A stretch of DNA of 28,635 nucleotides, from assembly GCA_045106415.1 (NCBI GenBank), contig JBGCEP010000052.1, positions 1 to 28,635 on the forward strand. The letters run 5' to 3'. The DNA comes from Oligoflexales bacterium. Lineage in GTDB: Bacteria > Bdellovibrionota_B > Oligoflexia > Oligoflexales > Bog-1112. This document shows positions 26,263-28,635 of this stretch, one piece after another. The translations under genes were made by a program, and so were the position numbers. The notes beneath the pieces were generated by a model. The model searched no databases. It saw only the letters and a program-made list of their open reading frames with translations, and was not told the origin of the DNA. Every line of letters starts with the position of its first letter. Position 1 is the first letter of the stretch.

Positions 26263-26459
26263 GTTTTTTTTAAAGAAAGCATACTAATGAGTTTTAAAAA
26301 CTGTAAAATCGAACCTTTGCCGAAAAATGAAGACAAGAGCTAGACCTTGTTTCAAAATAATTTCGCTAAAAACAACTAATTGTTATCATGCCTGGGTATT
26401 CATCTGAAAAAAATCGCCTTCAACAGACAAGAGCGTTAAACCATGACAATATTTAATAG

Positions 26460-28634
26460 TTAAAGATCGACTTCATTTAAATCGTCACCCATCTCACTCG
26501 CTCCATCCCCTAGATCATCAGTATTCCCTTGACCTAAAGTACCATAGGCACCTTCTCCCCAACATTTCATCTGGTTATTATCCAATAGTGCACACGTAGC
26601 AAGCTCAGAAGCAAACACACTCAAAGCTGTTCGACCTGCCCCCAAATCAATCGCACTCAGATTATCCCCCATCTCGCCTGAGTCATCACCTAGGTTATCA
26701 GTGTTCCCGTAGCCCAATCGGCCATTACCTCCTGCACCCCAGCATTTCACCTGATTATTATCAAGAACAGCACAGGTATGAAAGTTCCCGGCAGAAACAC
26801 TCAAAGCTGTTCGACCTGTTCCCAAATCAACAGCACTTAAACTGTCTCCCATCTCTCCACCAGAGTCACCAAGATTATCAGTGTTTCCATAACCTAGCTG
26901 CCCGCTATAATTAGCTCCCCAGCACTTTAGCTGATTATTATCAAGAACAGCGCAAGTATGCCGCCCTCCTGCCGACACACTCAGAGCTGTTCGACCTGTC
27001 CCTAAGTCAACAGCACTTAAGCTATTTCCCATTTCCCCTCCGGAATCCCCAATATTATCCTGACTTCCATTACCTAGCATGCCTGAAATTCCAGAGCCCC
27101 AACATTTCAATGTGTTATTACTCAACACGACACATGTATGCAAATACCCGGCATCGATACTAAGAACACTCAGACCTGAGCCCAGTTCAACTTCGTCTAA
27201 GTCATCCCCCATTTCACCAGAGCCATCTCCTACATTACTGGAACTCCCATTTCCTAATTTCCCGAAAGAGCCGGCCCCCCAACATTTCACTTGATTATTA
27301 TCAAGTAGTGCACACGTATGAAACTCTGCTCCGGCAAGACTTTGAACGGTTCGACCTGCCCCTAGATCAATAGCACTTAAACTGTCTCCCATCTCACCAG
27401 AGCCATCTCCTAAACTGTTACCATTCCCCTGACCCAACGATCCATGCAATCCATACCCCCAGCATTTTGCTTGATTATTATCAAGTAGCGCACAAGTATG
27501 AAGTTTACCTACAGCAACACTCAGAGCAGTTCGACCTGTCCCTAAGTCAACAGCACTTAAACGGTCTCCCATCTCACCAGAGTCGTCTCCAATGTTATCG
27601 GTATTTCCATACCCCAATTCTCCATAACCATTATCTCCCCAACACTTCAACTGATCATTACTCAAGACAGCACACACGGAATGCCCTCGTCCCGCAGAAA
27701 GAGTCTTCACTGAACGCTTCGCAACAAAACCATCACCGTAAACAGAAGCGCTCGTATTTCCTGCTGTATCCACACTTCGAATTGTTGCGTAATAAGTTGT
27801 TCCATTCGATAAAGACAACCCGCTAAGAGTTGTGCTAACGCTACTCCCCACACTTGTCCACGACTGAGTATTTGTTGCTCCTGAAGACGTTCCTAGAGCA
27901 ATTTCATAATGTGAAAGCCCCGAGCCTGCATCCGAACTTGCGGACCAAGAAAATATAGGAGAAGCTGTCATATCATCCGTTGTCACACCATCGCTAAAAG
28001 ACCCTGGCGTTGTCGGCCCAGTATTATCATGAAGAATCGTATCACTCACACAGCTTGTCATATTTAAAGCTTGATCTCTAAACTTTACATATACAGTTGC
28101 AGTTGCATTTGTCTGGGCTAAAGGCCACCCTGTCTTTGTCGTTGCGTAAGACTCCCAGCTCCCTCCCGAGTTGCACCCTGATGTATTTGTGACATACATC
28201 TCACTTGCACTCACAGCAGAAGGGGATAAGCCAACAGTTGCACTAATCGTAGTCGTTGCTCCACTTGAAATTATTAGAGATGCAGACGTTGGCGCATTAT
28301 CATCATGAATAATCGTATCGTTCACACAAGATGACGTATTACCCGCCTCATCTTTAAATTTTGCATAAACTGTTGCTGTGCTATCCGATTGCCCTAAAGT
28401 CCAGCCGGCTTTCGAAGTTGTATAACTCTCCCAAGTGCCATTTGCACTACAACCAGAGGTATTTGTAATGTACATCTCACTTGCACCTGTTGCGGCAAGT
28501 GTTAAATCAGGTGTCCCATCCGATGTATGCGTTCCACCATCAATCACAATACTTGTCGACGTTGGCACATTGTCATCATGAATAATCGTATCGTTCACAC
28601 AAGATGACGTATTCCCTGCTTCATCTTTACCTTT
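26460..28634 (-). CDS. large surface protein (5'-truncated): 91-aa Ig-like repeats, FN3-like domain and a seven-repeat RCC1 beta-propeller
   Basis: Frame is open to the window edge; repeats of 'TATVY.KF.D.A.N..SCV.DTI.HD'; FN3-like WSASSD...YEI...TTYYATIRSVD; seven 'C..L.NNQ.KCWG....G.LG' units. Confidence 0.9.
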   Translation of the reverse strand, partial: KGKDEAGNTSSCVNDTIIHDDNVPTSTSIVIDGGTHTSDGTPDLTLAATGASEMYITNTSGCSANGTWESYTTSKAGWTLGQSDSTATVYAKFKDEAGNTSSCVNDTIIHDDNAPTSASLIISSGATTTISATVGLSPSAVSASEMYVTNTSGCNSGGSWESYATTKTGWPLAQTNATATVYVKFRDQALNMTSCVSDTILHDNTGPTTPGSFSDGVTTDDMTASPIFSWSASSDAGSGLSHYEIALGTSSGATNTQSWTSVGSSVSTTLSGLSLSNGTTYYATIRSVDTAGNTSASVYGDGFVAKRSVKTLSAGRGHSVCAVLSNDQLKCWGDNGYGELGYGNTDNIGDDSGEMGDRLSAVDLGTGRTALSVAVGKLHTCALLDNNQAKCWGYGLHGSLGQGNGNSLGDGSGEMGDSLSAIDLGAGRTVQSLAGAEFHTCALLDNNQVKCWGAGSFGKLGNGSSSNVGDGSGEMGDDLDEVELGSGLSVLSIDAGYLHTCVVLSNNTLKCWGSGISGMLGNGSQDNIGDSGGEMGNSLSAVDLGTGRTALSVSAGGRHTCAVLDNNQLKCWGANYSGQLGYGNTDNLGDSGGEMGDSLSAVDLGTGRTALSVSAGNFHTCAVLDNNQVKCWGAGGNGRLGYGNTDNLGDDSGEMGDNLSAIDLGAGRTALSVFASELATCALLDNNQMKCWGEGAYGTLGQGNTDDLGDGASEMGDDLNEVDL
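26463..27713 (-). repeat. seven ~180-bp RCC1-type tandem repeats
   Basis: Recurring DNA blocks (tgattattatcaag, gttcgacctg, cccatctc) at ~180-bp period, encoding GD.SGEMGD.L.AVDLG.GRTA. Confidence 0.92.
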
Positions 28635-28635
28635 T
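28020..28635 (-). repeat. 273-bp tandem repeats (Ig-like stalk units)
   Basis: Identical 41-mer at 28300-28340 and 28573-28613; a diverged third copy lies near 28027-28067. Confidence 0.9.

Noticed and set aside
26187..26336. N-terminal extension of the pilin ORF
   Set aside because: It would give an implausibly long leader; ATG 26186 has an SD, and the promoter-like motif lies inside the extension.
26460..28635. CRISPR array or DGR template/variable repeats
   Set aside because: The repeats are in-frame protein-domain repeats (180 and 273 bp) with no unique spacers, and there is no cas or reverse transcriptase gene in the window.

Overview
A mostly housekeeping bacterial chromosome segment, probably a whole contig, since it starts inside an IS630 transposase and ends inside a tandem-repeat gene. 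The + strand is C-rich over G in every stretch I sampled, so I see no replichore switch. The gene mix suggests a Bdellovibrionota/Oligoflexia-like or deltaproteobacterial diderm, but this is inference only. In order: IS630 3' end; tRNA-Asp(GTC); pgi, hflX, miaE and a 74-aa orphan (all minus strand); a six-gene alternative complex III operon (actABCDEF, minus); uvrB-uvrC; a 912-bp AT-rich gap with no ORF of 60 aa or more; a tight minus-strand operon encoding a TraF/FadL/PorV-like beta-barrel, an acidic lipoprotein and an ABC1/UbiB kinase; a 99-aa orphan; rlmD and a stand-alone fliG; fba; ogt; a CPBP/Abi protease; a type IV pilin; and the 3' part of a large Ig-repeat/FN3/RCC1-propeller surface protein. 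I found no CRISPR array, prophage or recognisable defence system. The best candidates for something undescribed are the barrel-lipoprotein-ABC1 kinase operon, the structured 912-bp gap, an ActB that keeps the FS0 [4Fe-4S] motif, and flagellar-type signals outside any flagellar cluster (orphan fliG, a flagellin-tail-like small protein, a sigma-28-like promoter on the pilin). None can be shown to be novel without database searches.
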